Source of the DNA: Psammoneis japonica | Taxonomy: Eukaryota | Length of the DNA: 64,000 nt | Assembly: GCA_008632985.1 (NCBI GenBank) | Contig: QPGO01000010.1 | Coordinates: 1 to 64,000 of the forward strand | Direction of reading: 5' to 3' | Part shown: one piece after another, positions 1 to 12,300 of the stretch | Layout: each line of letters starts with the position of its first letter | Numbering within the stretch: the first letter of the stretch is position 1 | Program-made: the position numbers and the translations under genes | Notes under the pieces: generated by a model | The model's database searches: none | Told to the model about the DNA's origin: nothing | What the model saw: the letters and a program-made list of their open reading frames with translations, nothing else

Positions 1-715
1 ATGGAACACATGGAAATGCACATGCAAAACATGCGACGGATGACAAAAAACATTTGTGTCACAGTCCAGCAGCACAAGGTCCCACCCAGAGCTGGAATGT
101 GTCAGGACTTGGGTCAAGATGACAATGTTGATTTTGACATTTTCAAGGATGTCCAACTTGAAGACATTGTCGACGATCTCATGAAGCATTTTGAATCTAA
201 TCCCAAAGTCCATGTTGGAGGAACCACTGCCTCCAAGTCCAAGGGGGTGTCTCCAGAACTCTTGTCCAAGATCTGGAGGATCAGTGCCAAGGATGCAGAG
301 TGGACCATTGAGAACACTGCTCAACTCCTCCGATGCACCCAAGACCCAGCTTTCTCAAGGAACTGTTCCACGAATGACAGGATGCTGCGGCATCAACAAA
401 TTGCCCAGCACTTCTTCATGGATGCTTTCTTTGCAAGTAAAAAGGCTGGCAAGTCCACACAAGGACACTCGTGCATGCAGCAATTTGTTGCCAACAAAGG
501 CTTTGTCTGTGTGGTGCCCATGCATGCTTGATCTGAGACACCTCAGGCACTCAACATGTTTGCCAAGGAAGTGGGCGCACTGGAGGCGATCACATGTGAC
601 AGTGACCCAGCACAGAAATCTGATGCGATTTGACAACTTCTTCACTCCATTGGGGCCAGTCTTTGGCTGCTGGAGGAAGGAACACCATGGTTGAACCATG
701 CTGAACTGTGCACAT
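1..715 (+). mobile_element. Decayed Ty1/copia (diatom CoDi-like) LTR retrotransposon fragment, integrase region
   Basis: Frame 1 reads GVSPELLSKIWRI...SRNCSTNDRMLRH...HFFMDAFFASKKAGKSTQGHSCMQQFVANKGFVCVVPM and continues through TGA stops as SETPQALNMFAKEVGALEAITCD...LLEEGTPWLNHAELC. This matches the diatom copia pol motifs as I recall them (TNDRMLRY, FFMDTFFA, FVTDKGFVYVVPM, EEGTPWANRAELY), with Y->H/C and R->Q/W/H/stop changes. Truncated at about 715. Confidence 0.85.
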
Positions 716-1094
716 CAGAGGGCGCAACACACAGCAATCCAGCCACACCTTTTCATTGTGATTTTTGTTCATTTTGCAAATGAAGTTTTTGCAGTTTCAA
801 ACCTTGTCAGTTGTGCAGCTGGCAACAAATTTTAATCTGTGACAGGCAATTTGTTTGGCTGTGGCAACCTCTTTTCATCCACAAGAAAACAACTTTAACT
901 GTCCAAACGCCCCCCTCTTTTCCCATTTTGCATGTGCCTTCGTTCACTGTGACAGCTGACAATCAACACAATTAGCAGTTTTTATGTCATGTGCCTGTTT
1001 CATTGATTGAAGTGACACATGCAATGAATCTAGTCCACTCTTTGCAATCAACAGTGATGCATTGCTGCTGTGGCTTTTTAACATTGATTGTCGA

Positions 1095-2320
1095 TCAATG
1101 CCAAGTCAATGCTGCGGTCCCGGTTGTTCTGCATTTCTGGTTTGCTTGTGCTGGAGTCTCACTTCCTTTGCTTTTGTCACTGTCTTCTTGGCTGGCTGCA
1201 TCTTCCTCCTCATCTCTTTTGCCACCTGGTGCATCCGTTGCTTTGTCGTCCTCCTCGTCATCACTAGAAAGTTCCGTTGTTGCTTGTGTTCTCGTCTCCG
1301 ATTCCGCTGGTTTTTCAGTGTTTCTTCCCTTTTTTCCTTTGCCTTTGCTCTCCTTTTTCTCTTTGTCTGTGCTCCATGTGTTGAAATGCACACCCTGCTC
1401 ACTCGCCCTGTCTTCCTTTGCCTCCTTCAGCAGTTTGTTGAAGCGCAGCATTCTGCCATCCTTCTAAGAGTCACGCTGTCACGATGGGTCTGTGTGCAAT
1501 GGTGCCGGTTTCCCCTCTTCGTTCCCTTCATCATTTCCCTCCTGCATCTTCTTGCACTCCCAAACCTTCCAGCAGTTTCCCATCATCAACAGGGCCAGTG
1601 CCTCATTGCTTGCCACAGCCAGATCTGTGGCCTTGGTGCTGCCAGACTCTGCCAGACTCCTCCACATCGCAGTGCTCTTTGTGAATTTTAGGATGTTGTC
1701 ACAGAGCCATGCGTGCACCTCCCTGTTCTTTTGCTTCTCAGACACAATTGTGTCCATCATCCCATCCTCCCAGGTTGCAATGAATTCTTCTTCAATGTCA
1801 GCTTCACCCTGTTTCCGCTTCTTTCCGGATGCCTTCTTCCTTGCTTCTTTCTTCCTTTTCCCGCAGATTTCCCCGGCTTGTTTTTCTGTTGTGATGACTG
1901 CAGCAAAACAAGAAATTCATTGGTGGCACCACACCCATTTCTGCTTCAGAAATGCCCCACTCCGCCACACTTGCCACTCATTGCACTCTTCATTGTCGTC
2001 TGACACATGGTGTTTCTTTTTGCGTTGATCGCATTGAGCAAGCTTTTTTTAGCCCAGTCCTCCCACGATCCCACCCATTTGCGCTTGCTGAACTTGCCAT
2101 CTGCCATGTTTTTGCACATTGGCCAGGACACCTTGCCACCACTTGCCATGTCATCACTGACAAGACTCCTGTGGAGCGCTCCAGGCATGGCAACATTCAA
2201 TGGTTTGCGATTCAAGACTGGAAGGAGGCTGGGCACATTTTCACTTGACACCCACATGCCTGGCATTGTCAACACAAACGATGACCTCACCAAGGCTCTT
2301 GGTGCCACACTGCACACCCA
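1095..2320 (-). pseudogene. Decayed repeat-associated ORF (acidic/basic C-tail), probably part of a DNA transposon
   Basis: Fragments 1479-1760 (ASNEALALLMMGNCWKVW...PLHT) and 1095-1451 (GRMLRFNKL...EDR + acidic tail) resemble a recurrent diatom hypothetical family (SDEAFALL..EN.W..W...RFNEL). Interrupted by stops and inside a TpA-free block. The element class cannot be fixed by eye. Confidence 0.4.
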
Positions 2321-3479
2321 CCATGCCCATCAGATGATGGGACACTGCCGTTGATGCTTTGTTCTGCCCCATTTTTTCCCTGCAGAATTGCCCTTGGTCA
2401 CCTGTCATTTGTCTGTTCCTTTTCTGAGTCACCTGGTTGACTGCACTTTCTCAGATGGTTGACTCTCATCCCGCTGTGCCTTTCTTTTCTGTCTTTGATC
2501 TAGATTTGTCAAGATGACTTGTTTGGATCAGGGGAGGGTGAAAGCAGACCTGCTGTGGCACACGGTCAGACCATGTGCAGGGACGACGGACAGATGTCAT
2601 TAGATGGATGAGCAGACCCATCCGAGATCTGCTTCAGTCACTCTTTCTTGCTGGCACACATGTCATCCACTGTCACCAGTCTGCAGGGAGCTCTTTGGCT
2701 CACAGCTCTCACCATTGGTGCTCTGTCAAAGGCATCTTGGCTGAATCAATGGAGCTGGGGTCTCTCACTCTTGTCTCACACTTGAGCCTCTCTGGAGAAC
2801 TGCAAAAAAAGCTTGACCAACACATGAAATGCTTGTTTGTGCAGAGCTTGTTGCTGTCAAAACAACTTGTTAAAATGTCAAGAAGAAAGTTGATTGGGTC
2901 AACATTGCAAAATCTTTGTCAATCATGTCAGATGTCTCAGAGTCTCACAACAACTCTGACAATGTGTTTTCAACTTCATCTTCTTCAGATGTCATCCTCA
3001 GAGCCACTCATCTTGTGAAGGTGGGCAATGGAGCACTGGTCAACACGCAACAAGAAGATCCACAGGCTGGTCACTTGGACACACCACAGCTTGTGGCATT
3101 TGCCATGGAGTTGCAGATGACCATCTGTCCATCCAATCTGCCAAATGGGAAGATGCTTGCAGTGAAACAAGTCTCCATGCACTCAAAAGCCTTTGGAAAG
3201 GTTCCTCATTTGTCTCTTGAATGATCTCTCAACTGTGAACTTGACAACAAGATGCTTTGAATTCCCAGTTTTGGGTTTGATTGGATCCAAGTTGCAGAGA
3301 GGACAAAAAAGAAAAAGAGTTGTCTAGAAACAGTGATGTCTCCGTGGACCCTGCAATCTCAAATGCTGTGGTTGGAGCACAAGTCTGATTGCTGGGGATT
3401 GGACTGAAAGAAGACACTGAAATGGAGATTGCAATGATGGCAAGGAGGGTGTCATTGTTCTCAAGGGGTTGTCTGATCA

Positions 3480-5780
3480 GCGTGTGACGACCATCAAGTG
3501 GGAGGCTGTCACTTCATTGGGGCAATCCTGTCAATCAAGCAGGAAAAGATGGTTTTCACTGTCTTTCTTTTTCAAAGACTGTGCTGCCTCAGGGCTTGGC
3601 TGTGCCTGTCTCCCTGGGGCAGTGCAGGGCCATCTCTCCTTGTCAGAATGATGAATCACTCTGCTGTTGTGAGCACATGAGGAGTTAGAGAGCCACAAGA
3701 AGAGGAGCACATTGAAATCTGAAGAAGCAGTTGTTGGAGACTGTGCCTTGGTCACCACTGCACTGGAGTGTGCAACTGCAGAGTTGATTGATGCAAGATG
3801 GTCATGTCCTTTGCTCCTTTTCTTCCATCACAATGAGAGCTCTTGGAGCAGACAAGAAAAAAATTGGTGATCCATTTCTGTTTGGTGTGGACCCAAAAAC
3901 TTGCTCATGCTGGTGGACAATGGAGATCCCTCAGAAGACAGCAAAGAACATAAACTGCCAGACATGGAAAGGCCAGAACAAGGCACAAATTCATGCTTTA
4001 CATTTTGACAGGAGTGTTGTGTGTGCACAAAAGGAGTGAGGACCTCTTTGCCATCCATCAGCAGCTGAAAATGTTGTGCAAATGTGCAACCTGGCTGTCT
4101 CTTGGGTCACCTCCTTTGTTCAAGATGTTTTCAAATGGGGTCAGCACAAGCGGCGGTTGCTGCCCAGAGTTGGGATGCACTCAAGGACTGTGAGTGCCAA
4201 AAGTTCAGTGTGTGAGAAACAATTGCATTTTGACAAACTGAGACAAGTGGAAGATGCTGTGCCACTGAGAGAGTGAGAAGTGGGAAGGACTGGCAATGCA
4301 GAGGCCACACCACTGGTCACATCAGGCAGGGGATCTGACAAGAATGTGCCCCAATTGCTTTGCAGGACCCCTCCTGTCTCACATTCAAGCCCCTCTGGAG
4401 AATGGCGCTGCAAACAGGGATGACATGGACCATCCCTTTTGTGTGCCCAAAGTGCTGACCAAGACATGTCACGCTGGTGTGTGGAGCTTGCTGCGGTCAA
4501 GACATGTCATGAAAGTGTCAGGAAGCAGCTTGATCAGGTCGATCTTACAGTGCAAACTTTTTGCGGATCTTGTCAGTTGTCTTAGAGTCCAGGAATGACT
4601 CCAACAATCCTCATGGGGACTTGTCTTGTGAAGTTGGGGAATGAGGCACTGGGGAAGCATGACAAGATGCTGCACAGCTTGGTCACTTTGCAGCCACAGA
4701 TGCTCCAAAAACAGGATGAGCTCTTGAACCACTCTCTCAATTTCAGAGCTGTCATGAGATTCTGGACTTGAAGATGGGTTTGTGTTGGACCCGGGTTTCT
4801 GAAGGGTTCAAAAAGGACAAAAAGGTGTGTGGAATTGTCTCTGTGGATCTTGTGATGCCAAATGCTTTTGTTGGAGCATGTGTCTGCAGGGGTGGAGATT
4901 GGGATGAAAGAAGGCAGCACCATGGAAACAAAGATGGGTGTGATGGCAAGGAGGGGACAATTCTCAAGGCTCAAGGGCAGCTCTGATCAGCACATGTGGC
5001 CACCAAGTGGGACAGTGCAGCAACCACATTGGGGAATCCAATTCATCATCATGCAGGAAAAGATGACTTTCACAACCTTTTGGTTTTGAAGACTGGGCTG
5101 CCTCAGGGCTGGCTGTGTGCACATCTCCCTTGGGTGGTGTGGGGCCATTGATCATTGCCAGGACAAACCAAGCAGTCTGCTGTTGTGGTTTTGGTGAAGA
5201 GCTCAAAAGCCATGAGAAGATGAGCAAGTCAAAGTCTGGAGAAGCAGTTGTTGAAGACTGCACCTTGGTCATTGCTGTGCTGGATTGCACAACCATGGAG
5301 TCAATTGCACAATCTCTTGGAGCAGGCAAGAAAAAAATTTGTGACTCTTTGTCTGTTTGGCAAAAACCTGAAGATTTGGCAAAGCTGGACAATGAAGCTC
5401 ACACCCAGAAGAAGAGTGTTTGGAAAGTTCAGAACCAAGGCTTTGGATGTTGTGCACACATGGAAGGAGTGTGGGAGACCTCTGCACTCTGTGCAGTTCC
5501 ATCATCCAGTGAGCAGCCAGAAACATTGTGCAAGTGTGGCACGTGTCAGGGGTCACCTCCTTCATTCAAGAGGCCATTAAATGAAATTGATGAGCAGTGG
5601 TTGCTGCCCTGCAGTGGGGTGCAATGAATGGCTGTGTGCCAAAACTTTGGCATGTGAGAAACGACAATTGTGCTGACAAAATGGGCTGTGGGATTGACCA
5701 TCAAGCAAGTGTGGAGGCCCAAGTGGTGCAGGCATCTTCAAAGTTGAGACAAGCACCAGCAGATTCTGCGACACTGAGAA
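3480..5780. repeat. Diverged internal duplication (~3480-4280 vs ~5000-5780)
   Basis: Shared collinear motifs: CAGGAAAAGATG, GCTGCCTCAGGGCT, GAAGCAGTTGTTG, CCTTGGTCA, CTCTTGGAGCAG-CAAGAAAAAAATT, GGGTCACCTCCTT, GGTTGCTGCCC, CACTGAGA. Confidence 0.75.
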
Positions 5781-5976
5781 ATTGATGAGCAGTGGTTGCT
5801 GCCCTGCAGTGGGGTGCAATGAATGGCTGTGTGCCAAAACTTTGGCATGTGAGAAATGGCAACTGTGCTGACAAAATGGGCTGTGGGATTGATCATCAAG
5901 CAGGTGTGGAGGCCCAGGTGGTGCAGGCATCTTCAAAGCTGAGACAAGCACCAGCAGATTCTGTGACACTGAGAAA
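5583..5976. repeat. Tandem duplication, 195-bp unit x2
   Basis: GAAATTGATGAGCAGTGGTTGCTGCC starts at 5583 and at 5778. The copies differ at 8 positions, all transitions. Confidence 0.95.
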
Positions 5977-6215
5977 GCGAGAAGTGTAAAACGTTGGCAA
6001 TGTGGAGGCAGTGCCAGCCACATTGGGGGATCTGAGAATGTGCCCGTGTGCTTTGCACAGGACCACAGCACATCAAAGCTGAGACAAGAAGCATCAGCAG
6101 ATTCTGCAACACTGAGAAAGCGAGAAATGCAAAACATTGGCAATGTTGAGGCAGTGCCAGCCACATTGGGGGATCTGAGAATGTGCCCGCGGGCTTTGCA
6201 CAGGACCACAGCACA
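5935..6215. repeat. Tandem duplication, ~140-bp unit x2
   Basis: AAAGCTGAGACAAG...GAGGCAGTGCCAGCCACATTGGGGGATCTGAGAATGTGCCCG...CAGGACCACAGCACAT occurs twice. Confidence 0.9.
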
Positions 6216-6619
6216 TTTCTGATTGCTCCAATGTGACACACTGCCATGGTGAACACTTGGTGGCCTTGTTTCAAGGAAGCATCAGGCAATGTGCCCCCAG
6301 TGGCATCTTTCAATCCCCCCATGCTAAGATTGCAGCCACGGTGATGCAATGCTCTGACACAAAATCTGCAGCCGGTCTTTGCCACAGGGTGTCCCACACA
6401 TGACACAATTGCTGATGTTTGACGGCAGCATGGCTGGCCTGTGGCAATCTGTTTGCAAAGGTAAAGTGGCATGAACTGCCCCCATGAGGCCCACTGGCAA
6501 ATGATGATTGAAGCTTGACCAGTTGAACATGCAGGCCACAAGATTGCTGGCACAGCCAGCTCGGCAACAAGCGACACTGCATTTTGAGTTTGAGAAGGCG
6601 GCAGCACCGGCGGTGCTCT

Positions 6620-7010
6620 GTTTCAGCTGGAACAGTTTGCAGAAATGACACAAAGCTCAGCACAATGGCATGGCATCTTGTTTGGTTCCTCCCCTGGCAC
6701 AAACTCTTCTTGTTGATTGTGTTGCCCAGGGGACCGGTGGTGGAAGTGAAAAATGAGCGCCCCCCCTTGGCTGCCACACACTCCAACACTCATCATGTCC
6801 ACTCCTCTCCACCAACTGGCAGATGTGACATGTTTTGTTTCACAGAGGCAGCAGGGCTTGCTGCAAGCACCTGTCAAGAGACCAACACCACGTGATTTCC
6901 CTGGAGGCGGCATCTGCCTTTTTGGACTCCGGTCCACACCATGCTTCGAAACTGTGTGTTTCCTCATCTGCTTGTTCTTCTGTGCTGTCCACAGGATGTC
7001 GGATGCATGA
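6620..7010 (-). pseudogene. TpA-eroded third copy of part of the lipase-like gene
   Basis: Collinear with 10600-10950 and 15370-15600 (CTTGTTGATTG, GGACCGGT, GGCGGYATCTGCC, GCTTCGAAAC, CTCATC, TGCATGAGCT). Confidence 0.8.
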
Positions 7011-7471
7011 GCTCTACGTAGCTGACTTTTCCCGCTTGGCATTATCGAAATTACAGCCAGACATTGTTCTGGGAAAAAGCTCGGCTACCTTGTTGTTGGC
7101 GCCGCTGTACAAGCGCAAGCAACAGTTCTCTCTAGCTAGAGAGACCATGAAATTGTGACCGTGAGCGCGTCACGACATTCATGAAGCGCGCGTGCGATTC
7201 AAATTTATTTGACATATTCGAATCATTATATAGTTACTTAAGATGCATAAATCAGTAATGGATACATTCATAAAAACCGTTGACATGTTGCAGAACGCGC
7301 ACGTAGGTCTCACGTACGAAAAATGCGTGGAGCGAGGTTGAGACAACATGGTTGCGCCATCGTCGGAGACTCCACGCCGCACTTCGCAGGAACATCTGCC
7401 GCTTAACGACAAACTGTCATTTTCATACCAGAGAGAGCAAGAAGTGAGAAGAGGGTTACTAGGGCCCTACC

Positions 7472-10130
7472 ATGGTCAAACAAGAATTGTTCGATTCGTA
7501 TCCACGTGAGCTCCTCGACAAACTCGCAAAGGACCTGTGTTGCGTGGATGACAGGTCTGATCGCACGGGTCTCTGCAGCAGGCAGCTGCAAGAGTTCGAG
7601 GTGAAGGAACTCACGGAAGAATCCCGAAAAGAATTCGACAGGCGGATATTGAGGTATGCATTCACTTTCACTTTCAAGGGCAGGCTGCATGTGATTACAA
7701 AGGGAGGATTCAAAAACAAGAATTTCAAATTCAGGCTTTGTGTCGCCAAGGAGGATTTGGTAGAATTGTACACGGCCGTCAAGAACCACCCTAGAGACTG
7801 GATGCATACCGACGACAACGGCAATTTGACACTGTTAGGAAGCACCTACAAAAAAACGTTTGGTTCGTATATTGAATCTAACGTTGCCAATTGCAAAGCT
7901 CAGGACGTATACAAGTGGTTTGACGACGGTGATTATAAAACGGAAGTGAAAGCACAGGTCGACAGAATGCGGGAAGACAGGGAGAGGGAGGTAAGTTCAT
8001 GCACGTGAGAATTCTACGTATTTGGATGCCACGATACTGCAGTTCTGCAAGCTTATCTAACTTCTTTTTTTGTTCGTTCCCTCATCTGTAGCAGCGTACC
8101 GCGGCAGCTGCTACAGAGCGGACGTGCGAACCGGAACTGGTACACGAGCCTCGTACGCTTCCTGATACCGAGGATGAACAGTTGCCGGTGAGTACAGATT
8201 GTTATATTGTATTTTAGTGTGTACATTGTATGATACTCTGTGGCATTCTATCCACTTGTTTGCTGGCTTATTCATTTTGTATTCCGTTTCTCAATTAAAC
8301 TCCCCGCAGATTGTATCATCTTCCGAGTCGACGGAGGCACAACGCACTGGTCGCACTGGTGCTCCTTCCGTAGTGACGGGCGCCGCTTCAAATCAAACTG
8401 AGTTCCTTGCGTCCTTGCTGGCTGGTGCTGGCCAAGGAACGGGGGTCAACATTACCATTAATCAATATCAAGGCGATAACCGTCACTACGAAAACACCTA
8501 CAACGGCACCGCCGCTCCATCCAGTACCGACGGTAGCACCGCCGCTCCATCCAGCACTGACGGTCGCAACGCCGCTCCATCCAGTACTGACGGTAACACC
8601 GCCGCTCCATCCAGCACCGACGGTAGGAACGCCGCTCCATCCAGCACCGACGGTGGTGACCGCACTCCTAGTTGGGTGGAACGAATCTTGGAGGGACAGG
8701 AACTCCAAGGCAAACGAATCGTGGCGGAACAGGGACGCCAAGGCGAACGAATCTTGGCGGAACAGGGTCGAGTCTTGGCAGAACAGGGACGCCAAGGCGA
8801 ACGAATCTTGGCGGAACAGGAACGCCAAGGCGTGCAGCTAAGCGAGGTGCACAAACAGGCGACTACCAAGAAGCCGCCTGCTAGTGCCAGTCGCTACAAC
8901 CGTCATGCAAACAATCCCGAAGATACTTCACGGTACCAAAATGATGTATCTTCTCCACAGTAAGTTTCCGAGATTGTTTCTTTTTGTCATTTTGCGATTA
9001 CTGTCATTAATTGTTGTGACTTGCTTGCTTCTCATGTGGTTTTGGCAGGCGCAAGGAGGAGCCCTCGGTGCCCCATCGGAGCAGCGTCCGCGAAGAACTG
9101 GGCCCTCGGACGAAGCTGGAATACGACGAGATTACGTTGGTCTTTCAGGAGAAGGAGATGGAAACACCTATCGCGGTTCATCCCGATAACAAATTTCAAG
9201 GCGTTTTTGACCGGTACAATAAAGGGCAGGACAGCTTCATCTTCAAATTTGAAGGACGCGAAATCGATCCAACCCAAACACCAAGCTACTTAGGCATGAG
9301 AGACAAAGACGTGATTGATGTGGAATTGAAGAAAGGCGTCAGAAAAGACGCGCCCATTGAGCTTTCAAGTGATGAGGACGACGAGGACGAAGACGCACCA
9401 CCAACGGAGGATAAGACCCTCCCTCCTTTTTGTTGCTTGCGTGACAAATGCAAGCATAATCGTCCAGGCCATGTCCCTCACGAATGCCACGCAACGGGTT
9501 GCAAAGCGTATATCCACCATCTTTGCGCCCTTGAAGAAAAGCTACTCGGTCAAAATGAGAATCACGCCTATTGCTGCAAGGAGCACCAGATCTCCGGTGA
9601 GCTCAAGGAGAAAGAGCTCTCTTGCGAAAACAAGCCAAAGGCAGGCAGTCCTGCTGGTTTTGTCCATGGAGCAGCAGCGGTGGCTGGAAATGACAGTCGC
9701 CTTGTCGCTGCAACGCAGCCTACGTTTGATGTAGATCCGAAGCTCCGTTCGAGTTCGAATGCTAGCACGCCCGTCAATATGGTATGTGATTTTCTTTTCA
9801 TATTTTCTCTTTCTCAAACACTACATCGCCTAATCGACCGCTTTTGTCTTTGCTATGATTTCTTTGCTCAAGAACACGAACGTCGATAGTGGACCCGTCG
9901 ACGAGGTATGTGTGAGCGTCGATAGAGAAGATGATGGTGCCTCTGAGGGTGACGCGAAGCCGAGTGGCGATGGCGACGCTGCTGGCACTGCAGGTTCTCG
10001 AAAGGCCCCAGCTGGCACGGCGACGATCCGATGCGAAGCGAAAGTCAAGGGCGGGCATCGTCGCTGCAAAAATAAATTCACACCCAAATGTGAAGGGGAG
10101 AAATTCTGTTCCTTGCACACTCCCAAGTGA
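7472..10130 (+). CDS. Five-exon ~751-aa protein with low-complexity repeats, coiled-coil repeats, a SUMO/ubiquitin-like domain, a PHD-like Cys/His finger and a C-terminal CCCH-type finger
   Basis: Exons 7472-7990, 8092-8187, 8310-8959, 9049-9781, 9873-10130. All introns are GT..AG and all phases are compatible. SUMO-like motif FIFKFEGREIDPTQTPSYLGMRDKDVIDV; finger CCLRDKC..HECHATGCKAYIHHLC..YCCKEH; terminal CEAKVKGGHRRCKN..FCSLH. Confidence 0.8.
8500..8656 (+). repeat. Coding minisatellite, 30 bp x5 (AAPSSTDGxx)
   Basis: GCCGCTCCATCCAGYACYGACGGT repeated at 8511, 8541, 8571, 8601, 8631. The paralogue at ~13803 has a single unit. Confidence 0.95.
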
Positions 10131-10539
10131 GCGAAACTTGCATTTTCGACTCTGCGTTGCCTCTGTGTTGGTCTTCGTGATGTGGCAAAATAGTCGTACT
10201 CGTATTTGATATGTTGGCGTTTGAGAGTATTACGTGATATTGAGAAATAGCAACTAAAGTCAACATTCTGTATCTTTGAATTGAAAACGAAATGAGTCTT
10301 TTTGCTCAACGCTGTCTACCAAGCCGCACACTATCAATAGCATGGATTTAACACCCAGAAAGGATAAACCAATCACAGAAACCGAGCTAGCATTATCGAT
10401 GGCGACGAGTCACAGCTACGCCTCTACTGTTTTTCACGGATGCGCGGCTCATACTGAGAAGAGCGACCACTTACTTTCAATTCTGCATGAAAAGTCTCCC
10501 TTTCAATCTCCACATCTGCAGTGTGACCACATCCAGTAG

Positions 10540-12300
10540 GTGGTCGTGTATCTCCTCTACTGTAGCATGGTGTCCTACGTCGTGATCTCGCTTTTTGTAT
10601 GGCCCTGAGCTAAATGGCACGAAGTCTTATTCGGTTCCTCCATGAGTCGCAGTCCTGGCATAAGCTCTTGTTGATTGCATTGTCCAAGGGACCGGTAGAA
10701 GTAAAATGAATACCTTCCCTCTACTAACTGTCGGATGCAACATTACAATTCTGATTTATTTCGCAGACGTAGCCGGGCTGGCTACAAGTCGCGGTCCAGA
10801 AACCGACATCATGTGATTTTTCAAGGCGGTATCTGCCACCTTGGTTTTGGGTCCATATCTTAAGCTTCGAAACCGCGTCTTCTCATCCGCTTCTTTTGAA
10901 CTATCCACATACAAGACCGGCACAAAGACCGGTTTGTCGAAGTGCATGAGCTTACCGACATGTCGATAAAGCTTGGCTTGTTCCATCATTCCTCTCATTT
11001 TAAAGAATCTCAAATGCAAATTGACAAAGGACCTGGCAAAGTGATCGGCAACGTCAAAAGACGCCTTGGTTGCATCGTCCAGGAAGGCACTCAAAAAGTC
11101 ATCAATAAACTCAACATCAGAGTATCCTCTTGGTAAAACGTCAGCATTAAACACAACGTTGCGCTTATAAGGTTCAATCGAGTCATGTAAAAGCTTAAAG
11201 TATGCTCGGAAGGCTTGTCCAAGACTGTCGTCACGAGCGCAGAGATTGCAATGGCTATGATATCGACGTCCTTCAACGCTCCGACAAGTTTAGTCCAAAA
11301 AGGTCCACGATGCCACCAAGAGAGTATCCGGTGACAATCACTCTAGTAATGGGAGTTCCATCCCGTTTGAATCGATTTGGTTTCTTGCTGTACTTTCCGT
11401 TGAAATAATTGACGATATCCGTAGCGTGCTTTTTGAGATAGACATTCCAAATCATTTCATAATACGTTTTCTGAAAACCAAGTCCCTTCAACTTGTTCCA
11501 GGGCGACACCGAATCAATGTTAGCATCGGCGATGATGTCTTTGATTGTCACTGTCCCTCGCCACCCCAAGACGCCTGCAATTATTCCAACAAATGTGGGA
11601 GCATTCATAGAAAGCCAATCCGATAACAAATCCCTCAATGTTGGATGGAGTTGAAGCGTCTAAAATTTCATTGGCGGTAGCAGCGCACTCTTCGGTTTCC
11701 GATTCTTGTTACGCTTCAACCTTGCGAGCCGTGTCCTGATAGCATTTCTCGAGTACCACCATGTCGTCGTCCGATTCTTGTTTCTCGTTAACTCTTGGTG
11801 CTGCTCTTGTGACTCTCGCGTTTCTCGGATTCAAATCAAAAAAACAAATTACTAGAGCAAAAGAAATGCCGGAAATGGTTCTCATAGTTGCTTTTTGTAT
11901 GTTTAGCTCTTGCTTCTTGCTCGTTTCCACTGCTAACAAGTGCTCTTCCTCTTCTCGTTTCACGTGACGTTGTGCTCCCCACTCCCACCTTGCACCTTCC
12001 GCCAGCGCGTCATCAGCCGGTTAGGTTTCCGGATCGGTTGGCCACCTGAAATAACGGCTTTTCCCCTGAATACTCGTCAGGCAAGTTTCCGGAACGTTTG
12101 GCAACATGCATGATGCATGGCCCAACCTCTCCTCGTCTTGTTCGTTACTCGCCATGGTGTCGAGAGAGTCATTCAGTGTTCAGATGAACTTCCACCTCTT
12201 TTGGTTGGTTGCTTGGCGTTGCGTTCGCTCTCCACTCAGTTGCATAACATTGCGGTCCATGCAGATTGACTCCTCATGGCCGCCGTTGCTCTCTCTTGAA
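10540..12300 (-). pseudogene. Class-3 lipase-like (alpha/beta hydrolase) pseudogene, copy A
   Basis: Fragments LGWRGTVTIKDIIADAN, RVIVTGYSLGG (GxSxG nucleophile elbow) and FNADVLPR lie in successive different frames (11273-11638, 11091-11276, 10756-11154). Confidence 0.7.

Larger units (their letters stand above)
1..7010. other. TpA-depleted hypermutated block 1
   Basis: I count only 2 TA dinucleotides in 1-720, and they stay sparse to ~7010. Normal TA/CG usage resumes abruptly at CTCTACGTA (~7012). Confidence 0.9.

Noticed and set aside
1..7010. Classical RIP or plain CpG decay as the full explanation
   Set aside because: RIP increases TA and AT content, and CpG deamination does not consume TA. 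Both fail to explain Tyr->His/Cys changes.
1..7010. Alternative genetic code or foreign (viral/bacterial) insert
   Set aside because: The depletion is frame-independent, affects both strands and non-coding DNA, and hits a paralogue of a neighbouring gene.
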